DNA of 64,000 nt, taken from positions 96,001-160,000 of the forward strand of contig CAWDSQ010000020.1 in the NCBI GenBank assembly GCA_963804955.1, in the 5' to 3' direction. Source of the DNA: an uncultured delta proteobacterium. Lineage in GTDB: Bacteria; Desulfobacterota; WTBG01; CAIYCZ01; CAIRTM01. Position numbers and translations under genes: made by a program. How positions within the stretch are numbered: the stretch's first letter is position 1; each line of letters opens with the position of its first letter. The notes below the pieces were generated by a model. That model was not told the origin of the DNA and did not search any database. It worked only from the letters and a program-made list of their open reading frames with translations. Below are positions 20,044 to 30,613 of this stretch, one piece after another.

Positions 20044-20508
20044 ATGTCAGTAAGTCTGTTTTTCGAACTTTTTTATGATGAATCAAGGCAGCTGCTTGCC
20101 GAGATCGGCGCCCTTGCAGCCGGGCTGCGTCTGGTTGACATACCAAATGAAAAGGAAGCTGCTGAGTTCGATCAATGCGTTCAGAAGTTTCACCGTCTCA
20201 TAGGCGGTATGGCATCGATCGGTTTCGACATGTACGCCCCTGTTTCTCATAAAACGTCTATCATGGCCCAGCGATGTACGGACTGTACCGGATACTCAAT
20301 TAAAAATATCGTGAGCGCAATTTTTATTATTGTTACGGATCTGAGCATGTATTTTCTCACCATCGACAAGGTCAAAGATGTTGAGGCTCTTGTTCCTGCA
20401 ATCGAAAAAAGAATTGATGCCTGCATGGCTGATTTTCATGTCAGCAAAGTGACAATAAATTCTCAGAGTGAAATAGATGATATCATGAAAATGTTTGGTG
20501 CTGTCTAG
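20044..20508 (+). CDS. Hpt-like protein with CheZ/FliM-like SQxEIDD tail
   Basis: LFYDESRQLL...FHRLIGGMASIGF; C-terminus NSQSEIDDIMKMFG. Confidence 0.65.
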   Translation: MSVSLFFELFYDESRQLLAEIGALAAGLRLVDIPNEKEAAEFDQCVQKFHRLIGGMASIGFDMYAPVSHKTSIMAQRCTDCTGYSIKNIVSAIFIIVTDLSMYFLTIDKVKDVEALVPAIEKRIDACMADFHVSKVTINSQSEIDDIMKMFGAV

Positions 20509-20676
20509 CCGTACATTTCACCAGACTGTTTGCCCCTTCCCGACAAACCATAACCCCGCCGCGAGTGCATCTTTTGAAAATTCTTTACCTGCGCCGCATC
20601 TTGAACATGTTTGACATGCAGAGCATGATCTGCTATGTCGTTTTGACTTACTACCAAACTTTCAGAGGATGATCCC

Positions 20677-21901
20677 ATGATTCGAGCAAATGAGCATTAT
20701 GCTAAATTGAAAGCTTCATATCTGTTTTCTGATATTGCCAGAAGGGTAGCCGGGTTTTCGAAAGATAATCCACACCGTGAAATTATTCGCCTCGGCATAG
20801 GTGATGTGACCAGGGCGCTGCCGTCGGTCTGTATTGAGGCCTTTCACCGTGCTGTAGACGAAATGGGATCGGATGCCACTTTCCGCGGCTATGGCCCTGA
20901 GCAGGGATATGATTTTTTACGGCAGAAGATTGCGCAGGTCGACTTTCAGGCGCGCGGCATTAATATAGAAGCTGATGAAATATTTATAAGCGACGGCGCT
21001 AAATGCGACACGGGAAATATTCAGGAGCTGTTTGCCGGCGATATAACAATTGCCATACCTGACCCGGTCTATCCGGTGTATGTTGATACCAATGTTATGG
21101 CGGGGCGCACCGGCGAGAACAGGGAAGGCCGTTATGGAGGGCTTGTCTATCTCGAGTCTACTGCAGCCAACGGGTTTGTTCCCGCTCTTCCTGACAACCC
21201 TGTCGATCTTATCTATCTGTGCTTTCCGAACAATCCGACCGGAGCCACGGCAACCCGGGAGCAATTGAAACTGTGGGTCGACTTTGCCTGCAAGCACAAA
21301 GCCCTGATTTTATTTGATGCAGCCTATGAGTGCTTCATCAGGGATGCATCACTGCCCCATAGTATTTTTGAAATAGAAGGGGCGGAGGATGTTGCCATCG
21401 AGTTCAGAAGCCTTTCCAAAAGCGCCGGGTTTACCGGAACGCGGTGCGCATTTACGGTCATACCTAAAAAATGCCGCGTTTTTGATACGCAGGGTTCTCC
21501 TGTTGCACTGCACCCTCTGTGGCTGAGGCGCCAGACCACCAAGTTTAACGGTGTTTCATATCCTGTGCAGCGGGCTGCTGAAGCCGTGTATACCCCGGAA
21601 GGCCAGAGCCAGTGCGCTGAGCTTACTGATTATTATCTTAAAAATGCCGCTCTGATTGTCGACCGGATGACGGCGCTTGGTTTTACCTGCACGGGCGGCA
21701 GGAATGCCCCGTATATCTGGATTAAGAGCACAATGGATTCATGGGCGCTGTTTGATCTCTTGCTTGAAAAGGCAGGGGTTGTCTGTACGCCGGGCTCCGG
21801 TTTCGGGAAATGCGGCGAGAGCTATATTCGCCTCAGCGCTTTTAATTCATATGAAAATGTTGAGAAAGCGCTGGAGCGTATCGGCACAGGCCCTGAGCTG
21901 A
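20677..21901 (+). CDS. dapL: LL-diaminopimelate aminotransferase (true end probably 21901; ORF track extends to 21960 via a terminal indel)
   Basis: [46 protein letters not shown]. Confidence 0.95.
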
Positions 21902-21917
21902 CATGCACTGAAACGTT

Positions 21918-21956
21918 AAAGCCCGCTGCTGGTACTTCCGGCAGCGGGCTTTTTTT
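21918..21956. terminator. Terminator between convergent dapL and amrS
   Basis: aaagcccgctgc...gcagcgggcttttttt. Confidence 0.8.
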
Positions 21957-22965
21957 ATGAAAAGACGCCATCACACCGGCAGTGGCACTGAGGGCAGTGT
22001 CCATTTTGAAGTCCGTAGTGGGTGATGCTGAATCCTGATCGCTTAATAACTGCCGCACCGCAGGAAGGGCAGCAGGTGTTTTCGCCTTCTATGCCCGGGA
22101 TATTGCCGGTGTACACATATCTGAGTCCCGCCTTTAAGCCGATATCGCGGGCCAGCACCAGCGTTCGAACGGGCGTGGGGGGCTTGTCCGTCATGAGGTG
22201 CGTGGGGTGAAATGCTGTTACATGCCAGGGTATATCGACGCCGACGCCGGCAATAAAAGAGGCAATCCAGGCAAGCATGCCGGGCGTGTCATTGAGGCCC
22301 GGTATGACAAGCGTTGTTATTTCAATCCATATGCCGAGCTTTTTATACAGCTGTATCGTATCGAGTACCGGCTGAAGTTTTGCGCCGCAAACCGTATGAT
22401 AGAAATTTTCCGTAGAGCCTTTCAAATCTATATTGGCGGCATGCAGGTATGGGCTTATGGCTGCAAGCGGCTCAGGATTTATATAGCCGTTTGAAACGAA
22501 GACATTTTTGACCCCTTTTTCAGCTGCGCATTTGGCAGTATCAAAAGCAAGTTCAAAATAAATTGTGGGCTCGGTATAGGTGCAGGCTATCGATGCGCAG
22601 CCTGATTCGATTGCTGCCGCTGCGATGTCCTCCGGGTTTCGCTGACGTCCGGCAATAGCAGCGCCGTGACCGGGCAGTTGTGAAATGTCGGCGTTCTGGC
22701 AATGTCTGCAGGTAAAATTGCACCCTGCTGTTGCTATCGAATAAGAACGTGACCCGGGCATAAAATGGTAGAGAGGCTTTTTTTCTATGGGATCGATATG
22801 CTCGGCAATAACTTTATCGTAGACAAGACTGTACAGCATCCCCCCCCGGTTTTGACGAACACCGCAGATGCCGGTGCTGTTTTCCGTGATCAGGCAGTTA
22901 TGCGGGCATAACCGGCAGCGGACTTTTGCATTCTCAATTTTTTCGTAAAAGCATGCTTCCTTCAC
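21955..22965 (-). CDS. amrS: AmmeMemoRadiSam system radical SAM enzyme
   Basis: [34 protein letters not shown]. Confidence 0.93.
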   Translation of the reverse strand: MKEACFYEKIENAKVRCRLCPHNCLITENSTGICGVRQNRGGMLYSLVYDKVIAEHIDPIEKKPLYHFMPGSRSYSIATAGCNFTCRHCQNADISQLPGHGAAIAGRQRNPEDIAAAAIESGCASIACTYTEPTIYFELAFDTAKCAAEKGVKNVFVSNGYINPEPLAAISPYLHAANIDLKGSTENFYHTVCGAKLQPVLDTIQLYKKLGIWIEITTLVIPGLNDTPGMLAWIASFIAGVGVDIPWHVTAFHPTHLMTDKPPTPVRTLVLARDIGLKAGLRYVYTGNIPGIEGENTCCPSCGAAVIKRSGFSITHYGLQNGHCPQCHCRCDGVFS

Positions 22966-22983
22966 CGCAGGTCACCCCCTGAG

Positions 22984-24243
22984 CTATTTTGACAGTTTGA
23001 CTATTGTTTCTACATGAAAAGTGTGCGGAAACATATCAAAAGGCTGAATTGCATCAATGGTGTAGCCCCTGTCGACCAGCACGCGCAAATCGCGTGCAAG
23101 CGTAGACGGGTCGCATGAAACATAGACTATGACGGAAGGGCTCTTTTCTGCCAGCAGATGCAGGGTTCGCGCTTCGCAGCCGCCTCTGGGCGGATTAATA
23201 AGAATGCCGGCATAGTTTTTTGCTAAACCGTTTTCACCCAGATCATCAATATTGGCGGCATGAAATTGCACATTTTCGATATCATTGAGGCGCGCATTAT
23301 TCCGCGCCTCAATGATGGCGGCTTTATTTGAATCAATGCCGGTTATTGTCGCGCTGTTTTTTGCAAGGAACAGGCTGAAATTGCCGCAGCCGCAAAATAA
23401 ATCAAGAATGTCGCTGCCGGCTACCGGCTCCATAAATTTTAGAACCTGACGTATCATGGCAAGGTTCTGCTGCCTGTTGACCTGGTAGAAAATTTCAGTG
23501 TCCCGCAGAAACATCAGCCCTTCAACAGACTCTGTTAGTGGCGATTGCTGCTCTCCGGCCGTACCGGAGGCGGTATTTATGACCAGCTTTTTTTTTTTTC
23601 TATTTTTCCGGTCCAGCCACAGGCTCAGGACTGCCGTGGTGTTTTTAACGGCAAGAAGCTGCAGCTCGGTATAGCCCGCTGTTTCCTGCCGGTTGTGACG
23701 CAGAAGCTGGCGGCAGATTTCCAGTGCCTGTATGAGCTCGGGCTCAAGCAGCAGGCAGTCGGTAATCCGGACTAAGGTATGAGTTTTTGTTTGATAGAAA
23801 CCTATGGCCGGGTTTTTTCGACCATCAATTTTCAGTGCTGCACGGCTGCGGTAGCGGGTTTGAAGAGGGGAGGGGGCAGGTGGGGATACTTCGCAGTCAT
23901 ACAATTTTCCGATTCTGACAAGGCAGTCTTTTAAAGTAGCCGCTTTATAGTCCAGCTGCTGAGGATAGCCGATATGCTGCCACTGGCAGCCTCCGCACAG
24001 GCCGGCAAGAGGACAGGGGGGGACTGTCCTTTCAGGCGATGCTTCAAGAATATCCAGCAGAGTAGCTTTAAGATACTGGTTCCGATTCTCATCAATGCGC
24101 GCCAGGACAGTTTCGCCTGGTAGAACCCCCTCAACAAAGCATGTTTTGCCGTTCATGCGGGCAAGGCCTGCGCCGCCATGGACAAGCTTTTCAATGGTCA
24201 GTGTCAGTTTTTGTTCATCAGGAGAGTGTTCTTTTTTGTTCAT
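22984..24243 (-). CDS. rlmD: 23S rRNA m5U methyltransferase (RlmD/TrmA family, TRAM domain)
   Basis: CGGCQWQH, FYQVN, LDLFCGCG, PPRGG, YVSCDP, DMFPHTFHVE. Confidence 0.9.
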   Translation of the reverse strand: MNKKEHSPDEQKLTLTIEKLVHGGAGLARMNGKTCFVEGVLPGETVLARIDENRNQYLKATLLDILEASPERTVPPCPLAGLCGGCQWQHIGYPQQLDYKAATLKDCLVRIGKLYDCEVSPPAPSPLQTRYRSRAALKIDGRKNPAIGFYQTKTHTLVRITDCLLLEPELIQALEICRQLLRHNRQETAGYTELQLLAVKNTTAVLSLWLDRKNRKKKKLVINTASGTAGEQQSPLTESVEGLMFLRDTEIFYQVNRQQNLAMIRQVLKFMEPVAGSDILDLFCGCGNFSLFLAKNSATITGIDSNKAAIIEARNNARLNDIENVQFHAANIDDLGENGLAKNYAGILINPPRGGCEARTLHLLAEKSPSVIVYVSCDPSTLARDLRVLVDRGYTIDAIQPFDMFPHTFHVETIVKLSK

Positions 24244-24467
24244 AATCGGGGCTCTGCATGGCAGTGCCGGGGCATAAACCGGCCGCATACTGGTTTATTG
24301 CGTTGAAAAAATGTTTGTGTACGATGCGTTTGAACTAAACGTGAAGGGTGATTTTATTGTGGAAAAGCCCATGTTCTTCGGCTTTTATTTGTGTCTTCAC
24401 GAAAACCATCATCTGTGGCGCCGGATTTCGTGCAGAAGCAACTCAAACACTGCGTGTTCCTGTTGAT

Positions 24468-24860
24468 TTAAAACTGGGGTAGTGTTTTTTCATCGACGAA
24501 TTGAAGTCCGAAGTTGTAGCCGCCTTTTTCTGTGTGTTTTACCCAGATAAGATGCGCCGTGCGGCTCACGGTTTCCCCGTTCTGTTTATAGCGCATCTCA
24601 AAAGGCAGATCGCCGGATGTTTTGAAGCTGATACCGGTTCCCGACACATTAACTGCTTTTGCCTTGATAAGATCAAAAGCGCCAATACACTCAATAGCAG
24701 CTCTAAGCGGCACGCGGTTTCCCCGTGTGCCTGAGGTTGTGGACAGTGCTGATTTTTTGTCTGCACAGGGCTTCTGCGAAATCTCCAGCTTTGCAATCCT
24801 TTTGCGCAGTGCATTCAGCTCGGTAATCAGTTCGCTTTTGGTTTTTCGCGTGTCTGACAT
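24468..24860 (-). CDS. PilZ-like domain protein with N-terminal coiled coil
   Basis: KTKSELITELNALRKRIAKLE; RGNR...NVSGTG...WV...GLQF. Confidence 0.7.
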   Translation of the reverse strand: MSDTRKTKSELITELNALRKRIAKLEISQKPCADKKSALSTTSGTRGNRVPLRAAIECIGAFDLIKAKAVNVSGTGISFKTSGDLPFEMRYKQNGETVSRTAHLIWVKHTEKGGYNFGLQFVDEKTLPQF

Positions 24861-24984
24861 ATGTTCCCCCTATTAAATTTACACAAAACACAAATTTTTT
24901 AGAGTAATGAATTGTGTCATATTCTTTAAAATAAGGTTATTTATAATAAAGCATTGTCGGTGCCAATTGTCAAGAAGGATAGTA

Positions 24985-25986
24985 TCAGAGCGGCCATCGG
25001 GATATGGCATTCATTTCATACGGAAAAGGCAGTTCAGCAGAGAGTTTTAAAGATCCTGCTTTGGCTATCATTGCAGCATTATCGGTGCAGAGAATGGTCG
25101 AAGGCAGATACACTGCAATACCCTTTATCTGCGCCTGCTGCTGCACGTGAATGCGAAGGCGGGAGTTTGCAGCAACGCCGCCGGTCAGCGTTACGGCTTT
25201 GACTTTGTTTTCGATGCATGCCCTGAGCGTTTTTGCGACAATCAGATCGACGACTGCTTCCTGAAAAGAAGCTGCAAGATCAGGTAAAGCGCTTTCAGGA
25301 ACACCCCCGGGAAAATTATTTTTTACATGATACAAAACAGCCGTTTTAAGGCCGCTGAAACTGAAATCATAATTTTGGTCATGCAGCATGGGGCGGGGAA
25401 AAACAACAGCATCAGGGTTGCCGCTGCGGGCAAGGGTGTCGATGACTAAGCCCCCCGGATATCCGAGCCCCAGCAGTTTTGCGACTTTATCATACGCCTC
25501 ACCTGCTGCGTCATCGCGCGTTTTTCCAAGAAGCCTGTAGGAGCCTGCTTTTTCCATATAATAGATATTGGTATGGCCCCCGGAGACGACCACGGTGATA
25601 TTGGGCAACGGAATGGAATGTTCAAGATGTGGCGCCAGTATATGCCCTTCAAGATGATTAACGCCAACCAGCGGAATATGCTGCGCATAGGCGATTGCTT
25701 TAGCCGCATTGATGCCCACAAGCAAAGAGCCGATAAGGCCCGGCCCCTGGGTAACGGCTATGCCATCAATGTCAGCAAGCCCCATATGCGCTCTGTCCAG
25801 AGCCTCACGGATTACAGGGATTATGTTTTCCTGATGTTTGCGAGATGCTATTTCAGGAACAATGCCGCCGTATTTTTTGTGATAGTCGATTTGCGTTGAA
25901 ATAACGTTTGAAAGTATTTCACGGTCATCCCTGACGATGGCTGCCGCTGTTTCATCGCATGAAGTTTCTATGCCCAGTATAATCAT
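24985..25986 (-). CDS. tsaD: tRNA t6A threonylcarbamoyltransferase
   Basis: LGIETSCDET, HLEGH, VSGGHT, DDAAGEAYDK, CTDNAAMIA. Confidence 0.97.
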   Translation of the reverse strand: MIILGIETSCDETAAAIVRDDREILSNVISTQIDYHKKYGGIVPEIASRKHQENIIPVIREALDRAHMGLADIDGIAVTQGPGLIGSLLVGINAAKAIAYAQHIPLVGVNHLEGHILAPHLEHSIPLPNITVVVSGGHTNIYYMEKAGSYRLLGKTRDDAAGEAYDKVAKLLGLGYPGGLVIDTLARSGNPDAVVFPRPMLHDQNYDFSFSGLKTAVLYHVKNNFPGGVPESALPDLAASFQEAVVDLIVAKTLRACIENKVKAVTLTGGVAANSRLRIHVQQQAQIKGIAVYLPSTILCTDNAAMIAKAGSLKLSAELPFPYEMNAISRWPL

Positions 25987-26074
25987 ACACCATATTACCT
26001 GTTGTGTTTTTACCTGCACGGAAGTAAAATTCTATGCAGGTATGCTGCTTTAATCACTTAAACGAGCTAGTACA

Positions 26075-27787
26075 ATGGAAATTAAAACGGATTTTCTCAT
26101 CATCGGATCAGGCATTGCCGGACTCAGCTATGCACTGAAAATCTGCGCCTATGGAAGCGTTGCCATTATCACTAAAAAAGATAAGAAGGAGTCAAACACC
26201 AATTATGCTCAGGGCGGTATTGCAGCAGTGGTTGATGCCGATGATTCCCCTGATTTCCATTTTGACGACACTATAACAGCAGGGGATGGTTTGTGCAAGA
26301 CTGATATCGTCCGTATTGTTGTCACAGAAGGTCCTGAACGGATTCGCGATTTGCTCAACTGGGGCGTGCCTTTTTCGCGCAGCAAAAAAAACAGATCATC
26401 TGAATTCGACCTTGGCAGAGAGGGCGGTCATTCCCGGCGAAGGATACTGCATGTAAAAGACCTTACCGGCCAGGAAATTGAAAAAATTCTGCTGCAGAAA
26501 ATACAGGATAATCCAGGCATTCAAATATATGAAAACAATATCTGCATAGACCTCATAACGGCAAAAAAACTCGGGCAGAAAAACATCCCGAAGAATGTAT
26601 GCTATGGGGCCTATGTTCTTGACCGGATCACGGGGCAGGTGAACACATTTGTTTCAAAGGTAACGCTTCTTGCAACAGGCGGGGCAGGAAAGACCTATCT
26701 GTATACGACAAACCCGGATATATCCACCGGAGACGGACTTGCTGCAGCCTACCGGGCAGGAGCCCGCATTGCCAATATGGAGTTTATACAGTTTCATCCA
26801 ACCTGCCTCTATCATGCCGACGCGAAAAATTTTCTCATTTCTGAGGCGGTACGGGGAGAAGGAGCCATTCTGCGCCTGCGTGACGGCACGCCGTTCATGG
26901 CGAAATACCATGAGCTTAAAGATCTTGCTCCGCGTGACATTGTGGCGCGCGCCATTGATGCGGAGCTTAAGAAAAGCGGCGATGACTGTGTCTATCTGGA
27001 TATTACACACCGCCGTTCCAGCTTTATTAAGGGGCGTTTCCCCAATCTGTATAAAAAATGCCTGAGTTTCGGTCTTGATATGACTGCACAGCCCATTCCC
27101 GTTGTGCCTGCCGCCCATTATATCTGCGGCGGAGTCCTGACGGATGAGTATGGCGAAACAAATATCAGCGGTCTTTTTGCCGCAGGCGAGGTTGCCTGCA
27201 CGGGACTGCACGGGGCAAACCGCCTGGCGAGCAATTCGCTGCTTGAAGCGCTTGTTTTTTCACATCGTGCCGCAATCAAGTCCATACAGCAGGTCCACCG
27301 GCGCACGTATCCCAGGGTGGCTATTCCCCCCTGGGATTCCGGCAATGCCCTTGATATTGAAGATCTGGTCGTTATTTCCCACAATTGGGATGAAATCCGG
27401 CGCTTGATGTGGAATTATGTCGGCATTGTCCGCACGACAAAACGTCTTGAACGGGCATGGGCCAGGATTCAGATGCTGCAGAAGGAAATAACCGAATATT
27501 ACTGGAATTCCATCATTACTTCTGATTTGATCGAGCTTCGAAACATTGCAACAGTGGCAGGCCTTATCATTGCCTCCGCCCTCAGGAGAAAAGAAAGCAG
27601 AGGGCTGCATTTTACTATCGATTATCCGAAAAAAGTTTTACGTCTTGCTCAGTCTGACACCATTATACAAGTCCGGCCGCGGATAAGCACGGTGCTCAAT
27701 CGGGTTATCTCAACAGCGAAGGCCCGCAATAAGAGCAAACCTTCCCGTTTTTCCCTTTTCTCCACGGTGAGAAAAGAAGAGGTTTAA
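26075..27787 (+). CDS. nadB: L-aspartate oxidase
   Basis: [41 protein letters not shown]. Confidence 0.96.
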   Translation: MEIKTDFLIIGSGIAGLSYALKICAYGSVAIITKKDKKESNTNYAQGGIAAVVDADDSPDFHFDDTITAGDGLCKTDIVRIVVTEGPERIRDLLNWGVPFSRSKKNRSSEFDLGREGGHSRRRILHVKDLTGQEIEKILLQKIQDNPGIQIYENNICIDLITAKKLGQKNIPKNVCYGAYVLDRITGQVNTFVSKVTLLATGGAGKTYLYTTNPDISTGDGLAAAYRAGARIANMEFIQFHPTCLYHADAKNFLISEAVRGEGAILRLRDGTPFMAKYHELKDLAPRDIVARAIDAELKKSGDDCVYLDITHRRSSFIKGRFPNLYKKCLSFGLDMTAQPIPVVPAAHYICGGVLTDEYGETNISGLFAAGEVACTGLHGANRLASNSLLEALVFSHRAAIKSIQQVHRRTYPRVAIPPWDSGNALDIEDLVVISHNWDEIRRLMWNYVGIVRTTKRLERAWARIQMLQKEITEYYWNSIITSDLIELRNIATVAGLIIASALRRKESRGLHFTIDYPKKVLRLAQSDTIIQVRPRISTVLNRVISTAKARNKSKPSRFSLFSTVRKEEV

Positions 27788-28522
27788 ATTGCAGGCTGTG
27801 CAGAGCCAGGACAACTCGATGTGCCCGGGCGCAAGACCTGACTCAATAAGCTGCTGCCTGTTTGCCTCCTGCAGATCAAGAGAAAATATAGTGTCTGCTG
27901 CTTCAGGCATGAGGAACCGCTTATTTCCCGCAGCTTTTTGAAAGCATTCAGCCACATCTTTCCTCACCTCATAGCAGCAGGGGCCGATTGACGGGCCGAT
28001 ACCGGCCCGTATTTTTTTTATATCGCACTGGTAGTTTTGCACCATAAGCCCAGCTGCTTTAGCCGCAATGCCACCGGCCGTTCCTTTCCACCCGGCATGT
28101 ACGACAGCAAGCGCATGTCTGTCCGGTTCATATAAGATGACCGGTACGCAATCCGCCACTCGCACCAGGAGCGGTATGTTCGGCACAGCGGTTATGAAAC
28201 CGTCATAGCCATCAAGCACATGGGCTGCAGGGAAGGGTTTTGATCGTGCCGGAGCATCAGTTATAAGGGCTATTTCGGTTCCATGCACCTGATGCGAACT
28301 GACCACCGTTTGAAGATCAAAGCCCATGACCCGGGACAGACGCCCGTAATTTTCTTGCACATTTACTGCACTATCGCCTGTATTACCGCCGAGATTCAGA
28401 CTGCTGAAAGGCTCAGGGCTTACTCCTCCTGAACGCGTGGTTACGGCGTGAAAAAGTTCAGGAAAGCCCGACAGGTTTTTGAATTGTGCGAACTCAAGAT
28501 CATTTTTTACTATGAAATCCAT
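27710..28522 (-). CDS. pgeF: YfiH/PgeF family (purine nucleoside phosphorylase / peptidoglycan editing factor)
   Basis: [31 protein letters not shown]. Confidence 0.93.
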   Translation of the reverse strand: MDFIVKNDLEFAQFKNLSGFPELFHAVTTRSGGVSPEPFSSLNLGGNTGDSAVNVQENYGRLSRVMGFDLQTVVSSHQVHGTEIALITDAPARSKPFPAAHVLDGYDGFITAVPNIPLLVRVADCVPVILYEPDRHALAVVHAGWKGTAGGIAAKAAGLMVQNYQCDIKKIRAGIGPSIGPCCYEVRKDVAECFQKAAGNKRFLMPEAADTIFSLDLQEANRQQLIESGLAPGHIELSWLCTACNLNLFFSHRGEKGKTGRFALIAGLRC

Positions 28523-28590
28523 TGCTGTGCCCTGTGCTATGCTGGTTTAGACATATAATATTTAAATTTGCAGACTACTCATCTAAATCT

Positions 28591-28653
28591 CTCCCACAAG
28601 AGACCAGGGAGTCTGTTTTTTCCCTCACTTGATGGGAGGGATGAAGGGGAGGG
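28591..28653. repeat. Degenerate CCCTC...GGGAGGG REP-like element
   Basis: tccctcacttgatgggagggatgaaggggaggg; resembles 1694-1735. Confidence 0.55.
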
Positions 28654-28742
28654 CGCCTGCAATAGATAATAAAAAATGTGAAGACCCGTTGAGTGTATGG
28701 TTGTCGGTGGTAATCGATATCCTGTGTCAATCACATGGATAT

Positions 28743-29452
28743 TCAGGCCGATTGAAAGTGCTTTAATGTAAACACCTCATGTTCATAGTGCAGATAATAT
28801 CCTGAATTGTCATCCCATGCCGGCAGTGCATGAAAGACATGAGCTCCGGATTGAAAAGTTTCCGGCTGGTGCGTATGGCCGCAGATGACATAGTCGATGC
28901 CGTCATTGAATTTTTTTTCAATTGCATTTCGGGTGAAACAAAATCGGGACGGGTCCTGGGCCTGTATAACTTTTTTGCTTTGCAGCATGAATTTGCCTGC
29001 CAGATAATTTTCAATGCATCCGGGAAGCACCCTGTCAGCCATTTTAAACAAAGGCCACATTCGGGCCCTGTACTGCAGAAACTGCGTGTCTGATAAACAA
29101 AGCGTATGCCCATGGGCTAGAAAAAAGTTTTTGCCGTCAATATCGACCGCAGCCTCTTCACCAAGATAGCGTATGCCAAAGCGCTCAACCATTTTTTTGC
29201 GCAGAAGAAAATCACGGTTTCCAATCAGCAGCCCAACCGTGCAGCCCCTGCTTATTAGCGCATGCAATTTTTCAAAAACCCATGCATGTGCGGTATAAAC
29301 GGTTTTATTATTGGCCCAGAAATCAAACAGGTCGCCGATAATATACAGGCTTCCGCCGGCTCACATTGTCGAGAAATGAACTAAACAAATCCTTTTTGAT
29401 CTGTATTGTTGATGTTCAAGTGAACATCTGCAACAAAATAGGTGCCGGCCAT
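28743..29452 (-). CDS. lpxH: UDP-2,3-diacylglucosamine hydrolase; frameshifted
   Basis: YFVADVH, GDLFDFW, GNRDF, AHG, GHTH. Confidence 0.85.
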
Positions 29453-29545
29453 TTGTTCTTTTCGCCTCTGGCTATTTATGATAGAACCCAACATAGCATA
29501 CTTGACTGGAAGCACAAAAGAATTTGTTGCAGTATTGGAGATCAA

Positions 29546-30613
29546 ATGAAAGATATTATTAAAAGTTTTTTTTATAGCTAAATCAGGCACTTCTATTTTT
29601 TTTCTAAGTATTAGTTTTAGGTTTTTTCTGGTGCAGCTTGTGTCAGTGCCGATAATTCAACATTTGTTACTGAACAACGGCAATTGCTGCATACATTCGT
29701 CGAAATTAAGGCATATGGCGATAATGCCAGTGCAGCTATTGCCGCCGCCTTTAATGAAATGGAGCGGGTAAACAGGCTCCTGAACAACTATGACAATTCA
29801 AGCGAGATCTCAGCCATCAACAGAAATGCCGGCGGTGCGGCTGTGCCGGTGAGCTCTGAGACTGCGGAGATTCTGCAGGCAGCCATTAAGATTCGGTAAA
29901 CTTTCCGGTGGTGCGCATGATGTCACCATCGGTCCGCTTTTGAAGTTGTGGGGCTTTGCACAGGAACAGCCGGGGCTTGAAGGTGCAGTGCCTGATGCGG
30001 CACAGATTAACGCGGCCAAAGCGCTTGTCGATTACCGCGCGCTGCAGCTTCTTCCGCAAACGGTTAGCGGCAAATCGCTGTACAGCGCCCGTCTTGCAAA
30101 AAGCGGGCATGTGGATTGATATGGGATCGATCTCAAAAGGCTACTGCGCAGACCGGGCCATAGCTGTGCTGAAAAAATATGGCATTCAACAGCGCCCTTG
30201 TAGCGGCAGGCGGCACTATTGCACCATCGGCCGCAAGCCCGATGGCTCGTTCTGGAAAGTTGCCGTGCGCCATCCTCGCAAAGAAGATGATTTTATGACC
30301 TTTGTGCCTCTTGTGAACGCCTCAATTTCTACCTCCGGCGATTATGAGCGTTTTTACATGAAAAACGAAAAACGGCTAGGCCACATTATCGACCCGCACA
30401 CGGGCAAACCCGTCGAGCGCATGCAGTCGGTATCGGTAATTGCTGCCACAGGTCTTGAAAGCGACTGCTATCGACACGACGATCTTTGTGCTGGGCCCGG
30501 AGAAAGGCAAAAAGCTGATAGACAGCCTGCCGGGAACCTCAGCACTGCTCGTTTCTCATGACGGCAGGATCAGCATGTCGGAGAAGTGGCCGGAAAAAGT
30601 CGTATTATATTAA
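29546..30613 (+). CDS. apbE: FAD:protein FMN transferase; frameshifted
   Basis: SEISAIN, DMGSISKGY, ISTSGDYERF, HIIDPHTG. Confidence 0.9.

Noticed and set aside
21890..21960. C-terminal extension of DapL
   Set aside because: Removing one base gives IAQALS* at 21901, and the extension runs through a terminator hairpin
27710..27787. Functional 78-bp convergent overlap of nadB and pgeF
   Set aside because: The NadB tail looks non-conserved and could be an indel or stop-loss artefact
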